From Glycera tridactyla (Eukaryota), in contig OZ286460.1 in assembly GCA_965644265.1 (NCBI GenBank), positions 96,286,001-96,350,000 on the forward strand: a stretch of 64,000 bases of DNA, in the 5' to 3' direction. Every line of letters starts with the position of its first letter. Within the stretch, counting starts at the first letter, position 1. The notes under the pieces were generated by a model. It saw only the letters and a program-made list of their open reading frames with translations, had not been told where the DNA came from and made no database searches. The position numbers and the translations under genes are program-made. This document shows, in pieces, positions 36,301 to 48,197 of the stretch.

Positions 36301-37620
36301 ATCAACTAGCACCAGGTGAAAGGTATCATTGTGTTCCTATATGTATTGACACCCTGTCTTGTAATATGTCATCTTTGGATGTGATTCCATGTAGGCAGGG
36401 GCTCTAGTTGAGAAGGACTGTTCTACCAATGGATAAGCCTCAATAAAGCTGTTTTGTATACTGAATCTTATATCTCAGAAGTGCAAAAATGATGATGATG
36501 GAGCAGACATCAGTAAACCATCATAATTATTTAGCCAGAAAACGCAAAGAATGGCAATAATTAAACTGTGTTTTCACTTATGAAGCACCTTTGAACATTC
36601 TATAGATATTTGTACCATATAAACACGGTTCCTCTTCTTGTTCTAATCCTCGATATTCTTCTTCTCGAATATTGCGCGTTTCTCTTCCCCAGCACCTCTT
36701 TGATCTTTATTGCAGGAGATAATGATACATTGGAAGTTCTCAACCTGAGTTGGAATCACATACGTCTCAAAGGAAGATTGGCGATCGCACGTGCTTTATC
36801 AGTAAGGAACACATTTCGGATTAGGAAGTAGAAACTATTCATAAACGACAAAAGTGCTTGTTTGCTCCAGTGAATAATTGATTGGCAGATTAATTGATTG
36901 ACTGCTGAATAATTGATTGATTGATTGCATGTTTGATCGATCGATTGATCGATTGATCGATTGAATACTCACATCTTCCACAAAGCTCAGCAAATACACG
37001 ACCCTCATTCGCCATCGGGTGAGACATAAAGCGCGGCAAAACTCGCTCCATGTTGTCTGCATAGCATTACATTTTTCGGTCGGTATCTTGTCATAAGTGT
37101 TATCCCAATAAACAAAACTCACTAAAACACTATTTACGACGTTAGGATACCTGGACATCGTCTAGTAACCACGTGAGAGCGCCGTATGCCCCAATGTTCA
37201 TTTTGGCGTTGGTTACCATTTTGGAATGTTTGCAATCTCAGCTATATAGGTGCATGACACAGAAGAAAGATTAGTGCCAAATCATTGATTTCAACTTTCC
37301 GGTTTTCTCCATTCACGTAGTTTTGTTCCAGCAAAATGTCGGTTTGAAGACTTTGAATCTCTCTTGGAATGGCTTTGGAAACGATGGAGCCAATGCAATA
37401 GCTGATGCACTGAAAGAAAACCGCCATCTAACAGATCTCGACCTGTCCAGCAACAGGATATCATTAGTGGGCATTAGACGTATTGCTTTCTGTCTATCTA
37501 GAAATGACTATCTACAGACACTGAAGGTATTCAACGCGGTTATATTGTTTCTTCCATATCTAAATTCTTGCCTGATTAAAGAACTGGTCAAGATCAGAAA
37601 AAAGAGACTATCGAACATCG

Positions 37621-37690
<70 letters not shown>

Positions 37691-40600
37691 TTACTGTTAC
37701 TACTATTACCAATTCTACAACTACTACTATCACGACGATTACGACGACGAACAGGACAAGCAGGAGGAGGATGTAGGGTTTTTGTGGTTGTACTGACGGT
37801 GGTGGTGGTGGTGGCCGTGGTGCCTCGGAGGTGGTGGTGGTGGTGGTGGTGGTGGTGGCGGCGGCGGCGGTGGTGAAATAATTGGCTCTTTCAGCTCAGT
37901 CATAATCATGTGGGGAGTGACGGAGCACTGGTGTTGGTTTCTGGAATAAAGAAAGCGAAGGACTGCCCGCTTACTTACCTCGAAATAAAGGTAAGTATGG
38001 TTGGATAAAGGGAGAGAATCATCTTCAGTGCGTACTGTGCAACAGCCCCCAAAATCAAAAGAACTGCATATCAGCTAGTGGTCTGACGTATCTCTAAGGC
38101 AGAATTGCATCTTGCAAAATGTATATTGAGCGTTTGCCCCTTTTTAAGGCAACCAGGAGCCACACACGATGCCTCCGAAATCAACAAGAAGACTGCACCT
38201 TTCGGTATCGGTCAGCACCAAATGACCAAAGAGCTCTCACAATCCAGAAAACTTTGGCTGTGCAGACATTTTGCTTACTATAGATATCACACTGTGGCTA
38301 AGGCCTGTCACTAGTTTATAAAGAGGACTTGGATATCAAACATCTCTGGGGAGTCACCTCCGCATGCTGGTTCACGATTTCTGTATATCTGTTGTACCAT
38401 TAAAGTGTAGAACCACAGTTTATTTCGCTGCACTGATTTTTATCCGAGCATTGATCCCGGGGGGGGGGGGGGGGGTCGCATTCCCGACCTAGCACTTCAT
38501 CTTTCCAATAATATATTCCACCGTGTTGACAGGATGTAAGAATCGAGGAGGAGGTTGAGCAGGTTCTTGAGTACATACATGTAGTTCAGGAGCGTGCTCT
38601 TGTATTCAAACATGGTGGACGGCTACGCAGGACTGTTCGCCAGAAGATTCCTCCTCCAGATCTCACTCAGCTTGGTGGCCCTCTCGCTATTCTCATGAAT
38701 TACTTGAAACAGAGCAGCCTTAGATTGATGGATCTGTTCACGCAGTTTGATAAGGACAATAACTGGAGTTTGAGCCCAGAAGAGTTCATGTTTGGAATGA
38801 AGGTGAATGCTCTTTGAAGATCAACTCTGATANNNNNNNNNNNNNNNNNNNNNNNNNNNNNNNNNNNNNNNNNNNNNNNNNNNNNNNNNNNNNNNNNNNN
38901 NNNNNNNNNNNNNNNNNNNNNNNNNNNNNNNNNNNNNNNNNNNNNNNNNNNNNNNNNNNNNNNNNNNNNNNNNNNNNNNNNNNNNNNNNNNNNNNNNNNN
39001 NNNNNNNNNNNNNNNNNNNNNNNNNNNNNNNNGGAAGAAAGATAGGGAGGAGATATGGATTATTCTTTTACCGTCGTTCCTCAAAGTCAGTACGTTGAAT
39101 TCACATTAGATCAATTTGTTGGTGCAATTGGGACAATAGTCTTGCATCATGGTCAATATTACTAGTTGGGTCAATAAAGAAGATGATAATAATAAGGATA
39201 ATAATAATAATATTAATAATCACTTTACATGATGTGTAGGGATTTATATAAGTATCACATATATATAGTGTCATTTTGCAGGGGACAGACCCGGCTCAAA
39301 GACACTTGCTGACTCACAACATTTCTTAGATATCTGCAAATGACTGCTGTAGCAAATGTGATTTGCTTTTCAATTCACCATATTGTCCATTGTTCTAGTA
39401 TGCAAATACATGTTTTTGGGATGGAAGCCGTCAACTGAAAAATGATGGAAAACCATTCAGATCGTAAATTTTTTGACAACATGTCCGCCTATCTCCCAGT
39501 TTCCTACCCGACTGTTGCTATATATTATAGCTTTGGCGAGTATTTGCGCATTCGTGACCCTTTTTTTCAGAAAGCCAAAGTTCCCCTGACCGGACTGCAA
39601 GTCGATGAACTAGTCAAGAGACTGGACAAAAACAAAGATGGAGAGATAGATTTTGGGTAAGACTCTGTCAATCAATTATCATATCAAATGTAATTTCACA
39701 AGGACGCGGAGTCCTCTACTGGGCACAACGCTGGAGAGGAATTCTAAAAAGTAATCAGGCTCTGCAATTCCTTGCTGTTTGAATTATTGTATACACAAAG
39801 AATATCATAATCAAAATCTCCAAGACTTTTCCCCAATATTTTTCCCATCACAGGGCTCATTTCAGATGGGGTTTGTTAATTCTGGAAGTAATCATTATGG
39901 ATGCACAAAGTTGTTGACCGTATTGAGGTTAGACTTGATAGGTCAATGACAGTTCGAGATTCAAACGGATACTTTGTAATATGGAAATATCATCACTTTT
40001 GTCCTGGTTTGATTGATTGGGTTCGGCTTAACGTCATTTCATCCCAGACAGAATTATCCGAGACTGAGGTTATGATCGATTCTAAAATCCTAAAAGAATT
40101 GGTATTTTCATTTTTGTATTTTTCAATGAAGAAAATACTATTGGCTGAAGAATACAGCACTCTTGCCGAGGAACTTCCCCTACTCTGTACTGGTTTTGAA
40201 GATTATATAGAAATTGGAGTTGGAGATTTACTCTGACTTTTCGATTCGCTTTACAGAGAATTGTTGGCTGGACAACGTTATTTCCGTTGGAAAGAGAGGG
40301 AGTTGAAGAAGAAGCAGAAGGAAGCCGAGCAGAAAACACGACAATCTCCTTCATCAAGGCCGGGTTCGAGTGGCCACCTGTCTCGCCCCACCTCGCGATT
40401 CTCCACACTGTCTCGCCCAAACTCAGGGAAGAGTGCAATATCGTACGCACCCCCATCAAGGCCTCTCTCTTCCTCTCTGGTGCATCCTCTCTCAAGACAA
40501 CCAACTTTCTTGATCTCACGCCCCTCCTCCTCCTCACACCACCAAGCAGAACGAGCTTGGTACGACTCCAGGCCTGGTTCTACCGGCTCCGTTAATCAGA

Positions 40601-40722
40601 ATATACTGATGGTACAACACAAACGACATCGGAGTGCCACTTATCATCGTTTGCCCCAGCTTATGCTAGGTGTGACGGATATCACACGTCCACGCTCAGC
40701 TCGTATTTCTACCCCAGGGTAA
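30095..40722 (+). CDS. LRRC74-like leucine-rich repeat protein (RI-like LRRs, two EF-hand-like motifs, Ser/Arg-rich tail); spliced, 5' end uncertain
   Basis: Exons 30095-30301, 32249-32356, 33043-33136, 35344-35393 or 35600-35649, 35873-35954, 36716-36801, 37332-37526, 37895-37990, 38533-38802, 39571-39656, 40257-40722; all GT-AG with consistent phases. N-terminal YRNICRKMRLTPSSRI..LNLAYHGLG block and LxLSWN/LDLSSN repeats as in the LRRC74 family; DKDNNWSLSPEE and DKNKDGEIDF loops. Confidence 0.88.
30355..31720. repeat. diverged about 200-bp direct repeat pair (30355-30555, 31520-31720)
   Basis: AATTATTGGAAATG..GTGTCTCTCCCTTTGGTAGA..GCCTTTCATACTGG shared. Confidence 0.8.
32249..32356 (+). 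CDS. LRRC74-like exon
   Basis: 108 nt, YNFTVENLNLTENGMTLPGFLKLGKMLALNISLTYL|gtatgt. Confidence 0.85.
33043..33136 (+). CDS. LRRC74-like exon
   Basis: 94 nt, NLSDNEPGREGIRNLAEALRTNRTLSTLILK. Confidence 0.88.
33556..33910. repeat. partial tandem duplication (about 145 bp at 210-bp offset)
   Basis: AAATAGACTGGTTATCACCTCTC...GCAGCATGAAGAAACT occurs twice. Confidence 0.9.
35344..35393 (+). CDS. LRRC74-like 50-nt exon, copy 1 (donor gtaatt)
   Basis: GCRIKDSDGEAIDIIIK, inside a tandem duplication. Confidence 0.55.
35600..35649 (+). CDS. LRRC74-like 50-nt exon, copy 2 (donor gtaagt)
   Basis: identical coding sequence with the consensus donor. Confidence 0.75.
35873..35954 (+). CDS. LRRC74-like exon
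   Basis: 82 nt, ENHRLRNIDLSYNELCEEGLLVIESSL. Confidence 0.88.
36154..36424. mobile_element. MITE with 48-bp perfect TIRs
   Basis: AGAACAGTCCTTCTCAACTAGAGCCCCTGCCTACATGGAATCACATCC and its reverse complement. Confidence 0.75.
36716..36801 (+). CDS. LRRC74-like exon
   Basis: 86 nt, GDNDTLEVLNLSWNHIRLKGRLAIARALS. Confidence 0.9.
37332..37526 (+). CDS. LRRC74-like exon
   Basis: 195 nt, QNVGLKTLNLSWNGFGNDGANAIADALKENRHLTDLDLSSNRIS... Confidence 0.92.
37621..37875. repeat. (TAC)n followed by (GGT)n/(GGC)n microsatellites, intronic
   Basis: seen directly. Confidence 0.95.
37895..37990 (+). CDS. LRRC74-like exon
   Basis: 96 nt, LSHNHVGSDGALVLVSGIKKAKDCPLTYLEIK|gtaagt. Confidence 0.87.
38533..38802 (+). 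CDS. LRRC74-like exon with EF-hand 1
   Basis: 270 nt, ...ILMNYLKQSSLRLMDLFTQFDKDNNWSLSPEEFMFGMK. Confidence 0.88.
39571..39656 (+). CDS. LRRC74-like exon with EF-hand 2
   Basis: 86 nt, KAKVPLTGLQVDELVKRLDKNKDGEIDFG. Confidence 0.88.
40257..40722 (+). CDS. LRRC74-like terminal exon
   Basis: ELLAGQRYFRWKERELKKKQKEAEQK + Ser/Arg/Pro-rich tail, stop TAA 40720-40722. Confidence 0.82.
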
Positions 40723-40860
40723 GATGATTCCCAAGGATTTCACCTCCACAAGATCCTGAAATGATTTCACCTAGATATGATTACATGGGTGGAGGTGATT
40801 GAGGACCCGTTGGGAGTCCCAGCGAATTTATTAAGGACCACTGGGGAATCCCAAAGAAAA

Positions 40861-41061
40861 TTCCTGCAAGATTACAATAAGAATAATTAAAAAAAGGTCA
40901 AACAGATTCCTGTAAGATCACAAGAAGAATAATGATAGGGTCAAACAGATTCCTATAGGATCACAAGACGAATAATGAAAGGGTCAAACAAATTCCTATA
41001 AGATCACAAGACGAATAATGAAAGGGTCAAACAAATTCCAGTAAGATCACAAGAAGAATAA
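40861..41061. repeat. 43-bp tandem repeat, about 4.5 copies
   Basis: GATCACAAG at 40916, 40959, 41002, 41045. Confidence 0.9.
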
Positions 41062-42442
41062 CAATATCTGGGAACATGATAGAATATACCAATGGAGAAA
41101 AGGATTTGACTTAGGAATGTTTTGTGGATAGGTGCCTTGAGAGAAGGCCTTGGTGTCCTCCAGTGGCGACGATCTGCATTGCTGGGGGGGGGGGGGGGGC
41201 AAACATTCACCGCGCCATATTGAATCGTATCCATTACCATTTAAAGGCATCCTATTTTGATCCCAATTTCATACTCTTGAATCGCTTCGATCCCACCTCA
41301 CTGAAGCATTGAACTCAATTGACAACATCATCGGCGTGGTGAGGTGGTGATTGGTTTGCTTGTGGTGTTGTTGGGATGGGGTGGATGTAAAGGTGGGCTA
41401 ACGCAGGTTCCAAATGTTGTAGTAATGGGGACGGGAATGTTGTCGGTGTCGTCGTCGTCCTCGTCGTCGTCCTTCTCGTCGTCATAGGGTTGATGGGAAT
41501 TCGGGGTGCTTTTTGGTGTACATTGGTTCTGGCAGCCATGGTAATGACGTGGGTGTTGGTAAGGGATCTACGCCTATGGCCTGCCCTGCTGGCATAAACA
41601 AGCTGATAGTCAGGGCTAGTAGTTTTGTTAGTCTGCGTGCCCTGTGGCTATTATATAGCTTATGAATGTATGCATTCTGTCCTTGCCTTTGTTGATTCTG
41701 CTGCTACTATTATTGTTACTGATTTCATTCTTCACCCAAGGTTGTGAAGTTTATATCAATCTATGAGGTATTATACCTATAGGTCTGCTCAATGAAACAC
41801 GGCAACAAAATGACTGTCATATTTGTTTCTAGGATGCTGGGGCACACGCAAGTTTTGACTGCATCCCATCCTGATCTGTTGATGACTGTACATTAGACCG
41901 ATCCAGATCTAAGGACCTGATCAACCCATGAACGTTTCATGGTCAGCAGCGGGATGGACTCTGCCGGGTTGTTCATTACTAGCGAATTTTCTGTGGATGA
42001 ACATAGTCGCAGACATGGATCCAAGGAATGGGCGACTTTGAAAACCTCTTCACTGTCCAGTCATGTTCAAGATGGCCGCCTGATTGTATAGAGGATAAAA
42101 GCATTCAGTTCCAGGAATTTCCACCCGTGTATTTCACTGTATTGGCAAAAGTCGGCACTTGCAGTGAGGTGACTCCCACTTCCTACTTTCTGTTTCTATC
42201 AGTTACATATACATTTATGTGAATGTGGAATATAATTACAAGTGGGTTTTTTTCTATCAATTTGATATATCCAACTCAATAAGTCATTCTGATTATAATA
42301 TGTGTTTACTTTTAAGTACACGAATCCCATTGTGCAATCCATATGCTAAGTCATCTATCAAAGGAAGAGGAACTATTATTTCCATTAGTTGTCACTAGAT
42401 GTCACTCTAACATGTAGGCTTCTGACTGACTTGCTATCTGTG

Positions 42443-42590
42443 GGCCCATTCGACTGGGCGATTTCGCGAAGCACGAACAATCGTGACCTATCATTTGCAT
42501 TCGGCTGGTAGGGTTACTCCACGATCGTTACTGCTCGGAGAAAATCGGCCGTGAAGTGATGATTGTTCGTGAAGTACCAGTCGAATAGGC
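42443..42590. mobile_element. short MITE
   Basis: GGCCCATTCGACTGG / CCAGTCGAATAGGCC inverted ends. Confidence 0.5.
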
Positions 42591-44046
42591 CTAATGTCTG
42601 ATCTGGGAAGGAACTGACAGTCGAAGCTGACTGCTTGATATGATCTCGTCAGCTGAGATGAATCGTCGTGAATGGTGGTTAATAGTACTCTTTGTCATGT
42701 CAGGCAGCTGAAATTCAGTCTGTGGGTGCCTGCATGTTTTTTTGGAAGAGAGGAGCTCACATCGGGAATGACATTCCAAATATTTTCACATGAATGCGAT
42801 AGCATGCTCCTGTGGTTAATTTTTAAGATAGCGTCCTGAATTGAATATGTCCATTTGGCGAAACGTTCACCGTAAGTTTCCTTTGGTCTATTTTCAGATG
42901 TCCATATTGTTGCATCATATTCAGCACATTAAAGGTCCATGCTCTCTGATGAAAGCCTGTCCTGTATTCCAATCACCTCTCGGAGATTCTATCAGAGAAA
43001 TACATATTCTTTTTTTTTAGGATGGAAGATATTGCGATTGTGCTTGTAGGGAGAATTTGTTGCATATCTTTCAATACATCATTTGAAGCAATCCATTCAT
43101 TGAATCGAGGCTGTTGGGTCACTTATGCCCTTCCCCACTCAAGCATTTACAATACATCTCTACCATGACTGAGTATGGTTTCAATGCATTCAAATCGTAT
43201 GAGTGGTTCGCTATGAATACTCGGATCTCACCATAGGAGGTAGGATAGGTTAAAAGAGAGTATTGGGAATTTCAAGTAGGGTTTTCATAGATCTAGTCAG
43301 GTTTGATGAGCTATATTGGCTCATTTTCAATCAGCCAATTTTCAAAAAGAAAATTAGTCAAATACTCAACCACACATAGGTATATCGCTGACACGGAAAT
43401 AATTGATCCCAGATCATGGCGACAAAAAGTACATCTAATTCCACTATTTGACAGATAGTCATATTTCACCGAACACCATTTGGTTGAAAAGAGCCACACA
43501 CCCATAACTTGAAGGCATTTCCCCTATATGACACTGGACTCAGAAATAGTAATATCGGGTTCCCTACAAAGCATCATTTCATTGAACCTTTCAATGAATA
43601 CTTTTACTTACCTGGAACCATGCATCATTGCATTCACCAATTCTTCTTAAATATGGCAACACTGGCTGTTTCCTCAACATCGCTAGGGAACCACGGAAGT
43701 TGTCACCAGAAACTTCTCTGGATCTATGAACAAAGGGTGGAGATAGATGTCTCCGATGCATACAAAAGTGGCTCGACTTGAAGGACCCAGGACACATTCG
43801 GTAATGACATTCGCAAAAGACGCAGCTGTGGCGAAAGTTGCTGGTAGTTTAAGAATACCTCTGATGACAGAGACAAGGAAAGGCAAAGTATTGCGTCGCA
43901 TATATGAGCATTCAAGTTGCTAAATACCGCTATTATATATGACAGACTGACTGAATATTCAAGGTTCTCAAACAGTCATGTATTTCCATCAAGAGTGGAA
44001 AGTGAACAGACAATTTTTTATCTGAGCGGGAGTGTCAAGGTGCAGA

Positions 44047-44304
44047 GTGGTGAATTGCTGCCTCTGTTGAGCCAAAATCGCCAACAGGACTGAAGAGAAG
44101 CCATAACTCTGGCTTGGGGGTGGTAACGGGTTTTGGCAACCGAAGACAGAACACTTCGCATAAGGGTGAATCGCATAAGGATGAAGTGGTGAATTGCTGC
44201 CTCTGGTGAGCCAAAATCGCCAACAGGACTGAAGAGAAGCCATAACTCTGGCTTGGGGGTGGTAACGGGTTTTGGCAACCAAAGACAGAACACTTCGCAT
44301 AAGG
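44047..44304. repeat. tandem duplication (about 118 bp at 139-bp offset)
   Basis: GTGGTGAATTGCTGCCTCTG...CACTTCGCATAAGGG occurs twice. Confidence 0.9.
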
Positions 44305-44593
44305 GTATTCGCAATTCAGAATTTGCAAAATCAGAATACATTCCTCAATTCGAAGGGAGGTTGCTACTTTCAACAACTTTGTGGTCAATGTTGTGGATAA
44401 AGATCCACGTAGCAGCAGTAGTAGCAGCAGCAGCGCACCTGGAAAATCAACCTGCCCTGCTCGTATATGCGAGCATCTGTGATCAAATTCTACATGCCTA
44501 TCAAGTAAGTCTAACAGCCGGGCAGGTGGGCAGCTATCTCTCCTCATCGGCACTTCAAAGAGCCAGTCGGAGAGCACGAGGTCTTTAAAGAGG

Positions 44594-44596
<3 letters not shown>

Positions 44597-44677
<81 letters not shown>
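44597..44677. repeat. (AG)n microsatellite
   Basis: seen directly. Confidence 0.98.
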
Positions 44678-44681
<4 letters not shown>

Positions 44682-45711
44682 TGGAAAACCGATGGACGTA
44701 TGGGAGCTCAGGGCTGGCAGCAGGTTACTTGGAGATGTTGCGCCACTTGAGGGCCGACATATGCCCAGCTTGTAGCCCACCTCTTTGCCACCCAGCGGTT
44801 GACACTAGGCACACCTCCTCAGTGGTTGTCTGCCTCCAGTGATCCATCGGGGGGTATCGTCGTGGGGTTGGTTGGATGGTTATGGTTTAACTTCACGTCA
44901 GCATCATCTGGGCTATATTGTATATTGTTGACGCCTATTAACTGTCCCCATGTTGGTAAGGTTGATAATCATGTTGAATTGTGATTCTGGTTTCCAATAT
45001 GGTTGGAAATAGAAGAAGTCATCAGTGATGCATGATGCTCACCAATGTTGATGCTATTACAGTGAGCCCCTCTGCCCCTCAAAGAGCCTATGAGTAGCTG
45101 ATCACCTGCCCAATCTCGGGATAGTGAACATATGGTTAGGGCATGTCTGCTCAGCAAGATGCTGATCGAAGGTCAAGTTGGTGTGAATCAATGGATCAGC
45201 TTTTGGACAGATGGGTTTGGCTAGGTGATGGGTGATGGATTTGGCTGAGTTGTTTCAGTCTCAGCAACCGTTTGGGAGTCCCGATGAGAGTGTTTACCAT
45301 CAGATATTTCAACTGCCATGGGTAGCCAATTACACGCCAGACCCCAGAATGAATATGTTAGACCACACCTACACATCAACATGCTTCAGGAAACGAGGCG
45401 TTGACATGGATCGGTGAAGCAGTTCAGGAGATATGAGTTCTGCAAAGTCAAGATATGGGAGTGCATACCATCTTGAGGTCTTCCAGACATCTCAACTGCC
45501 AATGGTAGCTCATCACATGCCTAAAGCCAGATAAAAATGTACCACTGCACATCTTCACATTTAGACACTCCAAGGAAGGTTATAAGACATAAGGAGTTGA
45601 TATGGTAAATGTAAACCAGTGCAGTGATTAGGGAGGTATGAGTTAAATCTGCAAAGTCTGGACGGGTTGCTCACTATCTTGGTTCCGCAAAGTCAGCATA
45701 CACGGATGGAC

Positions 45712-46312
45712 GGATGCATCACAGTCACTGGAGGCGGCATACGTGCGCTTAGTGACAGGCCGGCCAACAAGCGAAGCAAGGAGAAGTTACCTAATTCTGG
45801 CAGCTGGCACGCTGCCTGCACCGGCGATGTTGTGTCACTTTTGGCATTAAATCTAGCTCCAAAATCAATGTCTCACCGAAAACAAGGCACGGATGTGTAG
45901 AGAAATAGATGATTGCATTGAGATATGCGTTTGAGGTGGTTCTGATCGTTCGTTATTGAGAAATCAGCAAGTTTGTGCATGAATGCTGAGAACGTTGAAG
46001 CATACCGAGATCATGCTAGATGGTCTAGGTATGCTCCAACGTTCTCAGAAGATCTGCGAGATTATCACCTTATTAGAGGGTTCAAACGAACAAAATTGAT
46101 GATACAGTTTGATATGTTGATAATTAATACTATCTGGCTGAAATGGTGGTCATATTAGGTGTTCTAACGAAGATTTATGGGGCAAAAGGATGCAGCAGTG
46201 CGGGTGTTGACATTGTGCCACCGCTGGAGTTAGGTAACTTCTCCTCGCTTTGCTTGTCGGCTGGCCTGTCACTTCGTGCACGTATGCCACCTCCAGCGAC
46301 TGTGGGATGCAT
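45712..46312. repeat. fold-back element with about 140-bp diverged inverted arms
   Basis: 45737 GGCATACGTGCGCTTAGTGACAGGCCGGCC...AAATCT matches the reverse complement of about 46173-46290. Confidence 0.75.
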
Positions 46313-46371
46313 GTATGGATAGACAGACAGAAACTATTCTAGCCCCCCTCCTGGTGTCCGATAGGGGGGCA

Positions 46372-48197
46372 CGGCGGAAAGAAGGTGCGAGAACCCATAA
46401 CACTCCTAATAAATAAATGTCTACAAAGAGATTGGCCCAATGGATGGAAAGAAGAGAAAATAAAGCTACTGCACAAGGGAAAATCAAAAACCGACCTAAA
46501 CAACTATAGAGGGATATCAATAGGGAGCAACATGGCAAAAATCGGGACGAGAGTACTAAAAGCAAGAATGAAACATATAGTAGAAAGAGAAAATATATTA
46601 GGAGAAATACAAGCCAGATTCAGACAACACAGATCAACGACAGACAATATCCTAATCCTAAGGGAAGCAATTGAAGAAAGCAAAAGAAAGAAACGAGGAA
46701 TCATATTAAGCTCCATAGACCTAAGAAAGGCGTATGATAGGATATGGAGGAAAGGATTGTGGAAATGCTTGGGAAACAGTGGCTTCAAGGGGAAATGGGT
46801 CAATATGTTGAAGGAAATATACAAAGAAAACAGATGTAAAATAGTGCTGGATATAGGAGAAACGGAATGGATGGATGTGGAAGTAGGAGTGAAACAAGGC
46901 TACCCACTATCACCGGTACTCTTCGCCATATTCATGAGTGAGCTAGGACAAAGACTGTTGGGAAAAAATATTGGCTTCAAAATAAAAGAAGAAAAAACAC
47001 CGGCTCTGTTTTTTGCAGATGACATAGTCCTGATTTCAAATACGGAAGAGGAAAATAGGGAATTGATAAAAGAAGTCATGGCCTTCACGACAGAATGGAA
47101 ATTAGAAATCAGTCAGGAAAAAAGTAGAGTAGTCTGTATAGGAAGCAAAGAGAGAGAGAGATGAGGAATGGACAGTGGAAAATGAAGGAACAAAAATCTC
47201 ACTACAAAACACAGAGATATACAAATACCTAGGTATATACATCAAGGAAAAGAAACCCATTTAAAAAACACCTGGCAGATGTGAAAAAGAAAGGAATAAA
47301 CAAGGTAAATGCCATGAAGATAATAGCAAAACAAAGCATGAACCGAATATGGACAGCAGATGCTCTGTGGAAAGGAGAGATAATCCCATCATTACTGTAT
47401 GCATGCAAAGTACTACCAATTAATAACACAACAAAAAAGGAACTAGAACACATTCAATATGAAGCAGGGAAGTGGATTCTCAAGGGAAACAACGGCATGC
47501 CAAATGCAGGTATGAGGAGTGAATTAGGATGGAAAAAAATTGAAGGAGAGATAATGAGAAGGAAACTAAACTATTTGGTAAAATAGCTTTCATGAAAGAA
47601 ACCCGCTGGATAAAAAGCTTATGGGATGAAGCAAGGCAAGGAATGCGACACAGCAAATGGTGGGAAGAAATTAAAGAAGCAGCAGAGGAAATACAGATTG
47701 ACCTAGAAGAATGGCAGAGGAAAAAATCTCACAAGCAGTGGAGAACCTATATAAACAACAAAGTCGAGATTTGGGAACAAAATACATGGAGGAAGGAAAT
47801 AGAAGGACTGAAATCATTACAACTATATCCGAAAAAGACATTCCGACCGATGCGAGAGGAGTACATAACAGACACAAAAGAGAGCAGGAACTTCACGAAA
47901 TGGAGGCTAAACAACATAAGATGGAACACAGAAACGACAAAAAGAAAGGTATGCAAGGAATGCGAAAAAACAGAAGGGGGAATCATACGAACCCTGACTC
48001 AATGTGATAAAACCAGGAGTTTACATAGCGTTGAGTTGAAACAGAAAAGTGAAGAAGTACAAAAGGATATGATAAGACAAATGTTAACTGACAGAAAACC
48101 AGAGAACATGAGATACATGGAGAAAATAATGGCAACCTGGGAAGAAAATAAATGCCAAGCCACCTCTGTAGAGGAAGGCTCCTGCATATACCAGGAN
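46372..48197 (+). mobile_element. 5'-truncated, decayed non-LTR retrotransposon (LINE ORF2: RT + C-terminal Cys-rich region)
   Basis: YRGIS, FRQHRSTTD, IDLRKAYDRI, GVKQGYPLSP, FADDIVL and YKYLG motifs. Frameshifts at a (GA)n run near 47160 and near 47270, stop at 47584; A-rich sense strand; ends at an N gap. Confidence 0.93.

Noticed and set aside
37323-37796. Poly-tyrosine protein
   Set aside because: Read-through of a real exon (ends 37526) into an intronic (TAC)n microsatellite
41315-41600. Thr-rich or Asp-rich short ORFs on the minus strand
   Set aside because: Driven by a (GAC)n simple repeat; no splice partners or homology recognised
42600-43950. Hidden gene or decayed transposase between the LRRC74-like gene and the LINE
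   Set aside because: Only short open frames with no recognisable motifs; a translated homology search would be needed
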